From: Vulcanimicrobiota bacterium
GTDB taxonomy: Bacteria > Vulcanimicrobiota > Vulcanimicrobiia > Vulcanimicrobiales > Vulcanimicrobiaceae
Assembly (NCBI GenBank): GCA_963714015.1
Contig: OY970223.1
Coordinates: 1,280,001-1,344,000, forward strand
Length of the DNA stretch: 64,000 bases
Direction of reading: 5' to 3'
Shown here in pieces: positions 50,491 to 59,910 of the stretch (position 1 is the first letter of the stretch; each line of letters starts with the position of its first letter). The notes below the pieces were generated by a model that saw only the letters and a program-made list of their open reading frames with translations, was not told where the DNA came from and did not search any database. The position numbers and the translations under genes are program-made.

Positions 50491-51381
50491 TTATGCCGCG
50501 CTGCGCCATGCCGCTCCATTCCAGAATGCAGCTGCGAACGTTTCAAACGGTGATTGCCTCGCGGCCCGTTCGGCGATGGTACGCGCTGCACCGGCGTCGC
50601 GGACCAGCGTGAAAACGCACGAACCGGAACCAGTGAGCATTGCATTCGCCGCGCCGGCGGCGCGCAAGACGTCAATTGCCCCGCAAATCTCTTCCGTCTG
50701 CGCCATGACCTGATGGAAATCGTTCTGCATCAATTCGACCGCAAGATCGAATTGATCGCGCTGGAGCGCCTCTGCCATTTGCAGGCTCGCGGAACCGCTG
50801 CGCGGCCGCGACGGCAGGCAGCGCGCGTCGATTTCTTCGTATGCCCATGCGGTAGAAACGTGAATCGGAGGCTTCACCACGACGACGTGCCATTGCGGAA
50901 CGGGGCCGAGCGCAGTAACGCGCTCACCCGTTCCTTCTACTAATGCGGCCGTCTCCACGAGGAAAAACGGGACGTCGGAGCCGAGCGATCGCGCGGTCCC
51001 GACGTAATCGATCTCCGGAGCGCAGCCGAAGGCGCCGCGCTGGGCTGCCAGGAGCACGGCCGCCGCGTCGCTCGAACCGCCGCCCAACCCGGCGCCGGTC
51101 GGAATGCGTTTGCGCAGGGCGATCTCATAGCCGCGTTCGGTCAGGTGCAGCGCGTCGAAAGCGCGCTGTGCCAGATTGTGCTCTTGCAGTTCTCCGATAT
51201 CGCAGCGGAATGAGAAGCCGCCGTCTTCACTCTTGCGAACGTGCAGTTCGTCGCACAGATCGATGGGGACCATGACGCTGCGCAGTCCGTGCAGGCCGTC
51301 GGCGCGGCGCCCGAGGACTTCCAGCGTCAAGTTAATCTTGGCCGGTGCACGCAGCGCCTCGCTTGCTCTCATCGCGCTCAC
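50491..51381 (-). CDS. ispE: 4-diphosphocytidyl-2-C-methyl-D-erythritol kinase
   Basis: APAKINLTL, IPTGAGLGGGSSDAA, LGSDVPFF, LTGSGS. Confidence 0.95.
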   Translation of the reverse strand: MSAMRASEALRAPAKINLTLEVLGRRADGLHGLRSVMVPIDLCDELHVRKSEDGGFSFRCDIGELQEHNLAQRAFDALHLTERGYEIALRKRIPTGAGLGGGSSDAAAVLLAAQRGAFGCAPEIDYVGTARSLGSDVPFFLVETAALVEGTGERVTALGPVPQWHVVVVKPPIHVSTAWAYEEIDARCLPSRPRSGSASLQMAEALQRDQFDLAVELMQNDFHQVMAQTEEICGAIDVLRAAGAANAMLTGSGSCVFTLVRDAGAARTIAERAARQSPFETFAAAFWNGAAWRSAA

Positions 51382-51431
51382 CTTGCGCGAGACGGCGGGA
51401 CATCCTTCCGAGAGGTCGTAGTCAAGATTTC

Positions 51432-53876
51432 ATGCGACCGAGTTACGACGCACAGCACAACGAATTTTGCGCTTACGTCTTGCCCGAAGCGCAGACTCCG
51501 TACGGGCTCTTGCTCGGAAACTTCAAATCGTTCGCACAATCCACCGCCAAGGGCGGCGTTCGCGGACTTTGGGACGCCGATACCGATCAGATTATCTTCG
51601 GCACGCACCAGATCGCTTACCGTCTGCGAGATCTGAACCAAACAGTCTTTCCGCATCAGATCACGCGCGAGTTCACATTCCTTCCGTATGCGCAGATCTC
51701 CGAGTTCACGCTTGCAGATCGCGTGCACGTAACGGAGGCGTTCTTCGTGCCGCACGGCCCGAAGCACGATCGCGTCGTAACGTTCGTCGTCGACGTGACG
51801 CTCTACAATCCCGGCGGATCGCCCATCGAGGTTGCAATGTTCCCGTGGGCGCTTCTCGTGGGTCAGCGCTTCTACGGAGAGCCGGAGCACGAAGTGCGCG
51901 CCTGGGTTGACGGTGATTTCATCTGCTCGAAGAACCAGCAGACCGGCGCGGAGCGCTGGTGGGGCGGCTCTCGCGCGCCGTACGGCGGAATCGTCGGCTT
52001 ACGCGAGCAGGTCATGCTGCATCACATGCGCACCGGATCGCTGCGGCCCGAAGAGCATCTCGACGAAGTTACGCCGCAACTGGCCGAATGCGTGAGCCGG
52101 CGCATCTTCGGCGCATTCGAGTACCGTATCGCCGTGGCGCCGGGTGCGCGCGAGTCGTTCCGTCTCGCGGTCGTATATCACAAGGACGGTCGAGACAAGT
52201 CGCGGCCGGTGCTCGAGCAGCTGCTGCACGATCCGAAAGCGCTGCACGAGACGCAGCGGTACTTCGCCGGCAAGCTCGCCGACGCCCGATTTCTTTGCCC
52301 CTCGGCTGCCGTGAGCCGCGGCGTCGTCTGGGCGAAAGCGAACATGCTGCGCATCGTTAAGGAGTACCCGAACGGCTGGGGATCGACCAACTCCCCGCCT
52401 TCGGACATTCTGGTTTCGCGCGATACGTCATGGTTCGTGCACGGTTTCGACTACTTTTTGCCGCAGTTCAGCCGCGACGCGATCGAGGTCTTCAACAACT
52501 TCGTCGAAGAGACCGGTGAGATGATCGAATACGTTCGCGGGGTGAGCGGTTTCAAGACCTCGTACGATCTAAACATCAACGACGATACCCCGCTGCATCT
52601 GATCGCTATGCTGCATCACTACAATGCTACGCTGGACGATCAGTGGGTGAGGCAGTGGTTTCCGCTGATTTGCCGGATCGCGGACTACATGCTCACGCAA
52701 AAGGACAACAACGGTCTGCTGTTCTGCCGCGCCAGCGGCGTCGACATGTTCGGCATAAGTTCGTGGCGCAACATCATTCCGTACTACACGCTCGACGGCG
52801 CGGTAACGGAGATCAACGCTGAAGGCGTTTTCGCGTTGGAAGCGGCCGCGATGCTCTCCGCAGTCGTCGGCGACAACGAGCGCTGGCACCGGTACTCGAG
52901 CGAAGCGCAAGCGCTTCGCCAAGCGATGATGCAGTACATGTTCAACGACGACACCGGCGCGTTCGTGTTGAACTACGATCAAGATCAAAATTATCAGGAC
53001 AACTTTACGGCCGACGAAGTATTCCCGGTGCTCTTCGAGGTTGCGGGCCCCGACGAGCGGATAAAGATTCTGGAACGGCTTTGCGAAGCCGACTTCATAA
53101 CGCCCGTTGGTTTGCGCACGATTTCCACGGCGGATTCGTGGTACTTCCCCTCGCACGGCTTCGGCCTTTTGGGCGGTGTTTGGCCGGATCTGACGCTGTG
53201 GTTCGTCGTTTCGCTCGCGCGTAACGGGCGCATCGATGCCGCCGTGCATTGGATGGAAGCCATCTACGACACGATGGAAGCCGGCGCGGTGCGCAATACT
53301 GTTCCCGGTGAATTCGGCGAATGGTTCGACGGCGGATCGCTGACCAACCGCGGGATGTACCTCTCGCCCTGGACGAGTGCAAAATATTTGTGGGCCGTTG
53401 CGGAGACGATCGGCGGACTGGACGGCTATCGTACGAGCGGAAGGCCGCATCTCGTGCCCTTGCGTCCGTCCGGCTGGAAATGGGTCGCGGGCGCCCGCGT
53501 CCATTGGGGCGGTAAGCTCTGCACGTACGTCATCGATTTTCAGCGCAACCTGATTTACGGAAACATGCCCGAGCTCTCCGCGGAGGAGCCGTTCGTGTGC
53601 ATGTTCGCGGGAACCGACGTCAGTGATGAGGTCATCGCCTCGCCCGTGGAAGTCGGTGCGGTCGCGTTCGAAGACGACGAGGGAGCGGTGCGGGTCTTCG
53701 CGTGCAACCTCAACGATCAGGCGCGAAGCGTCTCGCTCGAGTTCCGGGGCGCCGTCGAAAAAGTCTCGCTGGCTGCCGGCGAGATGCGCGAGGTTCATTT
53801 GGTCGGCAAGCCGGCGGAGCGCCAGGCTCGCGCCGCGGCCAGGGACGTGGCGCCGCAGGCGTTGGAGCGCGTCTAA
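51432..53876 (+). CDS. Cytoplasmic glycoside hydrolase, (alpha/alpha)6-barrel, amylo-alpha-1,6-glucosidase-like
   Basis: SRDTSW, DDTPL, VTEINA, GLRT, GGVWP, FGEWF motifs; substrate unknown. Confidence 0.72.
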   Translation: MRPSYDAQHNEFCAYVLPEAQTPYGLLLGNFKSFAQSTAKGGVRGLWDADTDQIIFGTHQIAYRLRDLNQTVFPHQITREFTFLPYAQISEFTLADRVHVTEAFFVPHGPKHDRVVTFVVDVTLYNPGGSPIEVAMFPWALLVGQRFYGEPEHEVRAWVDGDFICSKNQQTGAERWWGGSRAPYGGIVGLREQVMLHHMRTGSLRPEEHLDEVTPQLAECVSRRIFGAFEYRIAVAPGARESFRLAVVYHKDGRDKSRPVLEQLLHDPKALHETQRYFAGKLADARFLCPSAAVSRGVVWAKANMLRIVKEYPNGWGSTNSPPSDILVSRDTSWFVHGFDYFLPQFSRDAIEVFNNFVEETGEMIEYVRGVSGFKTSYDLNINDDTPLHLIAMLHHYNATLDDQWVRQWFPLICRIADYMLTQKDNNGLLFCRASGVDMFGISSWRNIIPYYTLDGAVTEINAEGVFALEAAAMLSAVVGDNERWHRYSSEAQALRQAMMQYMFNDDTGAFVLNYDQDQNYQDNFTADEVFPVLFEVAGPDERIKILERLCEADFITPVGLRTISTADSWYFPSHGFGLLGGVWPDLTLWFVVSLARNGRIDAAVHWMEAIYDTMEAGAVRNTVPGEFGEWFDGGSLTNRGMYLSPWTSAKYLWAVAETIGGLDGYRTSGRPHLVPLRPSGWKWVAGARVHWGGKLCTYVIDFQRNLIYGNMPELSAEEPFVCMFAGTDVSDEVIASPVEVGAVAFEDDEGAVRVFACNLNDQARSVSLEFRGAVEKVSLAAGEMREVHLVGKPAERQARAAARDVAPQALERV

Positions 53877-53894
53877 ACGTAAGAGCACTCTCCC

Positions 53895-54365
53895 GTGCTC
53901 GACCCGACGAAACGTTTTCTCACCGCGATCTTGGCGCTGGGCATCATCGCCCTAATCGTCGGCATTGCTTTGGGTGAGCGCGCCGGCGATCGCGTGATCG
54001 GGCAAGTCACCGAGAAACGTTTGAACAGCATCGCGCCCATAACCGTTACACCTGCGCCGCCCCAGCAGAGCACCGCGCCGTACGGTCCGGACTGGAAACG
54101 GACCAGCGTGATGTCGGCGGCCTCGGACCCGATGTTTCCCGATCCGCGAGTACCGCCCAAGGCGCTGCCTACTCCGGCTCCGACGCCGAAGTACAAGCCG
54201 ACGGCTCCTCCGGCGGCTTCGCCGGAAGCTACGGCGACGCCGAATCTGAATCTGCCGATCTGGCGCCGGAATGCCCCGCTTCCTACCCCGACGCCTACTC
54301 CGGTCCCGGGTCCGAGCCTATTGCCGAACGGAGAACCGGTGGGCGAGCCCTCGACCCAGCCTTAG
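53895..54365 (+). CDS. Pro-rich single-TM hypothetical protein
   Basis: N-terminal TM, PT-rich tail. Confidence 0.65.
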   Translation: MLDPTKRFLTAILALGIIALIVGIALGERAGDRVIGQVTEKRLNSIAPITVTPAPPQQSTAPYGPDWKRTSVMSAASDPMFPDPRVPPKALPTPAPTPKYKPTAPPAASPEATATPNLNLPIWRRNAPLPTPTPTPVPGPSLLPNGEPVGEPSTQP

Positions 54366-54417
54366 AGAGCGCAAGCTCCCTCGTTCGCAACCCGGACCGG
54401 CCGCAGGCGAGTTGTCC

Positions 54418-54449
54418 CCAATGTTCCCATTGGATTTGCCTGATATGAT
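54418..54449 (+). promoter_or_regulatory. pdxS promoter with upstream inverted repeat
   Basis: TGaTATGAT extended -10 (54441..54449); CCAATG-TTCC-CATTGG (54418..54433). Confidence 0.5.
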
Positions 54450-54484
54450 GGGATCACAACCGAAACATTTGAGGAGAATCGATC

Positions 54485-55384
54485 GTGGCCGAGGCGGCAA
54501 CCGGAACGACTACAGTAAAACGCGGGCTTGCGCAGATGCTTAAAGGCGGTGTCATCATGGATGTCGTCACCCCCGAACAAGCCGTCATCGCGCAAGAGGC
54601 GGGCGCCGTTGCGGTCATGGCCCTCGAGCGAATCCCCGCGGACATCCGCGCGATGGGCGGCGTCGCGCGCATGAGTAATCTCGAGCTGGTTCAGTCGATT
54701 ATGGACGCAGTCACGATTCCGGTCATGGCAAAAGTTCGCATCGGTCATTTTGCCGAGGCTCAAGCATTGCAAGAACTCGGCGTCGATTTCATCGACGAAT
54801 CGGAAGTGCTCACGCCCGCCGACGACAAGTACCACGTCGAAAAGCGCAAATACACGACGCCGTTCGTCTGCGGCGCGCGCGACCTCGGCGAAGCGCTCCG
54901 CCGTATCGCCGAAGGCGCTGCGATGATTCGCAGCAAGGGTGAAGCAGGCAGCGGCAACATCGTCGAGGCGGTGCGTCACATTCGCGCCATCACGGATTCG
55001 ATCAAAGAACTCACCGTCGTCCCGCATGAAGAACTGGTTGCGCGCGCCCGCGACATCGGCGCGCCCCTGGAGCTGGTTCAAGACGTTGCCGCGAACGGCC
55101 GTTTGCCCGTCGTGCTTTTCTGTGCGGGCGGCGTCTCGACGCCGGCCGATGCCGCGCTCATGATGCAGCTCGGCGCCGAGGGCATCTTCGTCGGAAGCGG
55201 CATCTTCAAGTCGAACAACCCCGCAAAGTTTGCAAAAGCCATCGTGGATGCGACGACACACTTCGGCGATCCCAAAGTGATCGTCGACGCGAGTAAGTCG
55301 CTCGGGAAAGAGGCTCAGGCAATGGAAGGGATCGACCTGCGCAAACTGCACGAATCGGAGCTCCTTGCGCCCCGCGGCAATTGA
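54485..55384 (+). CDS. pdxS: Pyridoxal 5'-phosphate synthase lyase subunit
   Basis: [40 protein letters not shown]. Confidence 0.97.
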   Translation: MAEAATGTTTVKRGLAQMLKGGVIMDVVTPEQAVIAQEAGAVAVMALERIPADIRAMGGVARMSNLELVQSIMDAVTIPVMAKVRIGHFAEAQALQELGVDFIDESEVLTPADDKYHVEKRKYTTPFVCGARDLGEALRRIAEGAAMIRSKGEAGSGNIVEAVRHIRAITDSIKELTVVPHEELVARARDIGAPLELVQDVAANGRLPVVLFCAGGVSTPADAALMMQLGAEGIFVGSGIFKSNNPAKFAKAIVDATTHFGDPKVIVDASKSLGKEAQAMEGIDLRKLHESELLAPRGN

Positions 55385-55417
55385 CCCGGCGTTGCGCGGC
55401 GGAAGGGGTTGCTCGCT

Positions 55418-56035
55418 GTGACGAAGCCTGACGTCGGTGTGCTCGCACTGCAAGGCGACGTCGAAGAGCATATCGCTGCGATGCGCCGCGCCGGCGCCGA
55501 AGCGTTCGCAGTCAAGACGCATGCGGATCTCGAGCGCGCGGCGGGTCTCATCATTCCGGGCGGTGAGTCGACGACCGTAATGAAGCTGCTCGATCGCTTC
55601 GGCCTGGCCGCGCCGATCGCCGAGCGTGCCGGCTCCGGCATGCCGCTTTGGGGAACGTGCATGGGGATGATCGTCCTCGCTCACGAGGTGGTTGGACTGG
55701 CGCAGCCGACGCTCGACCTTATCGACATTTCGGTGCGACGCAACGCGTTCGGACGGCAGAACGATTCGGCGGAGGTCGACCTGCAAATTCCGGCGCTTGG
55801 GCAGCCGCCCTTTCCAGCGATATTCATCCGGGCTCCATGGATCGAACGGACCGGAAAAGACGTGAGTTTGCTGGCGCAGCGCAAGGGTCACGGGGTAATG
55901 GTGCGCCATGGCAACGTGCTGGGTACGTCGTTTCACCCGGAACTTACCGCCGACGCGCGCGTGCACGCCTATTTTTTGAACATGGTTCGCGAAGCCGGGG
56001 GCCGCAACGTAGGGAAGCAGCGAGAGGTCGCATAA
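55418..56035 (+). CDS. pdxT: Pyridoxal 5'-phosphate synthase glutaminase subunit
   Basis: GVLALQG, PGGEST, GTCMG, RNAFGRQ, FIRAP, FHPE. Confidence 0.96.
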   Translation: MTKPDVGVLALQGDVEEHIAAMRRAGAEAFAVKTHADLERAAGLIIPGGESTTVMKLLDRFGLAAPIAERAGSGMPLWGTCMGMIVLAHEVVGLAQPTLDLIDISVRRNAFGRQNDSAEVDLQIPALGQPPFPAIFIRAPWIERTGKDVSLLAQRKGHGVMVRHGNVLGTSFHPELTADARVHAYFLNMVREAGGRNVGKQREVA

Positions 56036-56048
56036 GTCTCGGACTACT

Positions 56049-56336
56049 ATGAGTTCGCAGGCTCCCACATGGGATCCGGAAACGATGGGCGATCAGATAC
56101 CTCCGATCGAGGTGCTGGTCACCGACGTGATTGCGCGGCTCGCGCTTGCAGCGCACGTCTACCTCAGCGATGTTGAAGAGATGCAGCCTGATTTGGGCTC
56201 CGCCGAAATGGCCATCGACGTGGCGAGTTCGGCCTTCGAACGGGTGAAAGAAAGGCTGAGGCCGGAAGAACGGTTGGCAATAACCCAATTGCTGACCGAA
56301 ACCCGAATGGCGTTCGTGAGGAAGCGAGGTTTATGA
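56049..56336 (+). CDS. Small helical protein, DUF1844-like
   Basis: DLGSAEMAID...LLTETRMAFV pattern. Confidence 0.6.
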   Translation: MSSQAPTWDPETMGDQIPPIEVLVTDVIARLALAAHVYLSDVEEMQPDLGSAEMAIDVASSAFERVKERLRPEERLAITQLLTETRMAFVRKRGL

Positions 56337-56370
56337 TGCCTCGCTTTTCTTCATTTTTGGGAGGTTGTTT

Positions 56371-56901
56371 TTGAGCGACGTCTTGGTGCTGAACTTCACC
56401 TACGAGGCGCTGAACATCACCAACTTTCAGCGCGCCGTCAAATTGATTTTCGCCGGCAAGGCGGAGCTCGTCCACGGGCAAGAGCGCGTCATTTGCTCGA
56501 CGACGTTCGAGATGCGCATGCCGTCGATCATCCGCATGCTGTATTACATAAAGCGTCCGATGCAAAAGGTCGCGTTGACCAAGAAGAACATCCTGATCCG
56601 CGATGACCACACGTGCCAATACTGCGGACTGCGCGGCGATCGGTTCATGACCGTTGATCACGTGTTGCCCCGAAGCAAAGGCGGCCCCTCGACCTGGGAA
56701 AATTTGGCCTGCGCCTGCATGCGCTGCAACAACCGCAAGAACAATCGCACGCCCGACGACGCCAACATGAAGCTCAAGCGTAAACCGCGTCAGCCCAAGT
56801 ACATTCCGTGGATTCAGGTCAAGCGCAACACGCTTCCGGACGAGTGGCACAAGTTCTTATTCCTTTACAACGTTTCGATCGACGAACGGGTCGAGAGTTG
56901 A
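56371..56901 (+). CDS. HNH endonuclease (McrA-like)
   Basis: VLVLNFTYE, RDDHTCQYCG, TVDHVLPRSKGG, WENL, CNNRK. Confidence 0.93.
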   Translation: MSDVLVLNFTYEALNITNFQRAVKLIFAGKAELVHGQERVICSTTFEMRMPSIIRMLYYIKRPMQKVALTKKNILIRDDHTCQYCGLRGDRFMTVDHVLPRSKGGPSTWENLACACMRCNNRKNNRTPDDANMKLKRKPRQPKYIPWIQVKRNTLPDEWHKFLFLYNVSIDERVES

Positions 56902-56927
56902 CCGGCTCGCGTTTTTGAGACGCGTCA

Positions 56928-57996
56928 ATGCAAGAACTTGCCGTTCCGAACGTCTACGCTTGGTCGCGCCGTCAGCCCGATCGCAAGATCTATTTCAATA
57001 GCTACCTCCTCCTGTCGCCCCAAGGCAACGTAGCGATCGATCCGCTTCCGCTCGAGCCTGACGACGCCGATCAGATTGGGACACTCGGCGGAATCGCACA
57101 GATTGCGGTCACGAACCGCGACCATGTCCGCGACGCCGCAACGCTGCGCGAACGATTTGGGGCGCGGGTCGTTTCTTCGCAGGCCGAGGCTGCGCTGCTG
57201 GGTATTCCGGTGGATCGCGTCGTCGCCGACGGCGAAGAACTCATTGCGGGCGCGAAAGTCGTCGCTCTGAAACATCAAAAGACCGCGGGCGAATTTGCCG
57301 TTCACCTGCCATCATCACGAACCGTATTGGTCGGCGATGCCGTCATTGGGACGCCCGCAGGCTCCTTGTCGCTTCTTCCGGACCAGAAGTATGAAAGCGT
57401 TACAAATGCCGTGCTTGCGCTGCGGCGCCTGTGGTCGCTTCAACCCGAGGTGTTGCTGGTCGGGGACGGCACGTCGCTCTGGAGCGGGGCGACGCGCGCC
57501 ATCGGCAGATTACTCCTCGAACGCGCGGGCATCGCCGCCAACCGCATCAACCTGGATGAGTTGGAATATCAATATTTCGAAGCTGAAAGACGGCAAATAT
57601 CGATCGCACGACGCTGAGGTCGGGTTCTTTATCGGAGCGGAGCGGATCGGCTATCAGGTCGTGAAGCTGCCGCCGGGCGCGCGCTTCTGCCCGGTGCACG
57701 CCGAGTATAGCGAAGAAGAACTCTTTTTGGTGCTCGGCGGAACGCCGTCAATACGCACGCCGGTCGAGACGCTCGAGTGTCGAACGGGAGATTTCATCGC
57801 CTTCCCGGTAGGTCCCGATCACGCGCATCAAGTCCTCAATGAAAGCTCGGCCGAGGCGACGATTCTGCTGCTCGGGCAAAACAAGGCCGACGCCGTCACG
57901 CATTATCCCGAGTCCGACAAAGTGCTCGTGTCCACTCCGCAAGTGCGCTGGCTGGTCCGCAAAGCACCGCTGCTCGATTACTACGAAGGAGAGTAG
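56928..57996 (+). CDS. MBL-fold domain + cupin domain protein (frameshift near 57580)
   Basis: AIDP, TNRDHVR, VGDA, LVGDG then CPVHAE...EEELF, HQVLNES; FE-LKDGKY continuity suggests one gene. Confidence 0.75.
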
Positions 57997-58005
57997 CGCA
58001 GACCG

Positions 58006-59796
58006 TCAGACTCCACTGACGGCCTGCGCTTGCGTTTGAGAGCCCTCGAAATGGGCCTCGATTTCTTCGAGCGTCTTGCCTTTGCTCTCGGGCATGAAGA
58101 ACGCCGCGGTCACGAAGTAGATTACGGTAAACGCCGCAAACGCAAAGAACATAACGGCGTATCCGTGGCGCGCGACAGTCGGTAGGAATATGGCCGCGAT
58201 CGTCGTGGACGTAGCTTGGTTCAGCACCAGTGCGATGCTCATCCCGTTCGAGCGAATTCGCGTCGGCAGCAGCTCGGACATCGCCAGCCACACGACGACG
58301 CCGGGGCCCACGGCGTAGAAACCCATGAACAGGTACAGCATTACGGCCACGAGCCAGCCGTTTGCCGCGCTCGGAACGGGCGTGACGAATGCGGCGTCGA
58401 TCGTCAGCGGCGCCTTTCTCGCCGCCTCCAAGCTGCTCGTGTTGAAGTTCTCAAAAAACGCTTCGATCTGACTGCCCGGCAAGAACGAGCGATCGATCGT
58501 GACGGACGGAGTGGTCTTGTCGTCGGATCGAACCGTGTTCGTGGCCGTGCCGTAGCTGCCATAGCGATAGACTACGGTTAATGTCTGGGGCTGACCGTTC
58601 GAAGACTTGCCGGCGCTTGCTAAGAGTTTGCCGGCCGTCGCCTGGTCGAATCTGAACGTTGCGGTCTGATTGCCTTTCATCATGGCTTGCACGGCGCGCG
58701 AGACGTCGACGTGCTGCGCTTCAGTGCGATGAAAGATGATGCCGGTCGCAATCATCGACAAAATGATGCCGCCCGTTCCGAGCGTGAGTAAGAACTTGCG
58801 GCCCTTGCGGTCGACCAGGATCACGGCGATCAGGGTCACCAAGAAATTCACCCAGCTGAAGATAAAGCTGCCGAAGTGCGCCCAGTAATCGTTCAGGCCG
58901 GCTTGGAGAAGTATCGTCGTATTGTACGGGATGATCGAGTTGATTCCGGTGAGCTGATTGCAGGTAAGGATCACGCACGCGATGACGAACGGAATCACGT
59001 ACTTGCGGCGCATCAGTGACGCGCGGACTTGAGACCCCGCTGAAGCTCGCTGGGCGCTCTCCGCAGCCGACGTCGCCTCCATCTCGGCGAGCTCGCTCCG
59101 GGCCTGCCGTTCGTCGCGCGACCGAAGCAGGGCGGCAAGCGCGGCGTTCTTGTTTCCGCGCCGGAACAACCATCGAGGCGACTCCGCCAAGAAGAAACCG
59201 CCCACGACAAATAAGATGCCGAAGGGCAGCGATATCCAAAATGTTTCCCGCCACGCGTGATCTTTGAACGCAAAGACGTGCGCCGCGTTTCCGCTCGCCG
59301 AAACGGCTGCGAGCCGATTGCTCAAATACAGCGTGATGAGACTGGAGACCACGAAGCCGAACGTCAACAGCCACTGGAACATGCCGGTGCCCTTGCCGCG
59401 ATCTTTGGCGCTCAAACATTCGGCCAAATAGAGCGGCACGACCACGCCGATGAGTCCGGCACTCATGCCTTGCAAGAGCCGCCCGGCTACGAGTTCGTTG
59501 AATCCGTGTGAAAGCGCGATGATCGGAACGCTGGCGCAGAACATGATCGCGGTGACGATCATCAGCCACTTGCGGCCGAACCAGTCGGAAAGCAAGCCGG
59601 CAAAGAGCGTGGAGAGGACGCTGCCGAGCAGCACCGCCGCTACGACAATCGAAAGCTGTCCCGGCGAGAAGCCCGACGTTGCCGTCAGATAAGGCAGCGC
59701 GCCTTGAATGATTCCGACGTCGATGCCGTACAGCAAGCCGCCGAGTCCGGCGACGAGCAGCAAGAGGCGGTTGTACGTGATTCTATTCGTGGCCGT
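58006..59796 (-). CDS. Sugar porter family MFS transporter
   Basis: GGLLYGID, DWFGRK, PLYLAE, AESPRWL, NQLTGINSI, DRKGRK, PESKGKTLEEI; start between 59763 and 59796. Confidence 0.92.
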   Translation of the reverse strand, partial: TATNRITYNRLLLLVAGLGGLLYGIDVGIIQGALPYLTATSGFSPGQLSIVVAAVLLGSVLSTLFAGLLSDWFGRKWLMIVTAIMFCASVPIIALSHGFNELVAGRLLQGMSAGLIGVVVPLYLAECLSAKDRGKGTGMFQWLLTFGFVVSSLITLYLSNRLAAVSASGNAAHVFAFKDHAWRETFWISLPFGILFVVGGFFLAESPRWLFRRGNKNAALAALLRSRDERQARSELAEMEATSAAESAQRASAGSQVRASLMRRKYVIPFVIACVILTCNQLTGINSIIPYNTTILLQAGLNDYWAHFGSFIFSWVNFLVTLIAVILVDRKGRKFLLTLGTGGIILSMIATGIIFHRTEAQHVDVSRAVQAMMKGNQTATFRFDQATAGKLLASAGKSSNGQPQTLTVVYRYGSYGTATNTVRSDDKTTPSVTIDRSFLPGSQIEAFFENFNTSSLEAARKAPLTIDAAFVTPVPSAANGWLVAVMLYLFMGFYAVGPGVVVWLAMSELLPTRIRSNGMSIALVLNQATSTTIAAIFLPTVARHGYAVMFFAFAAFTVIYFVTAAFFMPESKGKTLEEIEAHFEGSQTQAQAVSGV

Positions 59797-59809
59797 GACC
59801 CCTCAATAG

Positions 59810-59848
59810 AAAAACAAAGCCAGTCCGGGTCGTCCGACCCTACTGGCT
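59810..59848 (-). repeat. Hairpin + U-tract element, copy 1 (terminator/attenuator-like)
   Basis: AGCCAGTAGGGTCGGACGACCCGGACTGGCT-TTGTTTTT on the minus strand; 29/31 identical to copy 2. Confidence 0.85.
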
Positions 59849-59910
59849 AGGAGACAAACGATTCGTTCGCCCGCAAGCAAACCCTTTGTCATTTGCGCGG
59901 CGCGTGTACT

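Noticed and set aside
470..57600. Programmed ribosomal frameshifting at the split genes
   Set aside because: No consistent slippery sequence or stimulator; both shift directions in unrelated genes point to sequencing error
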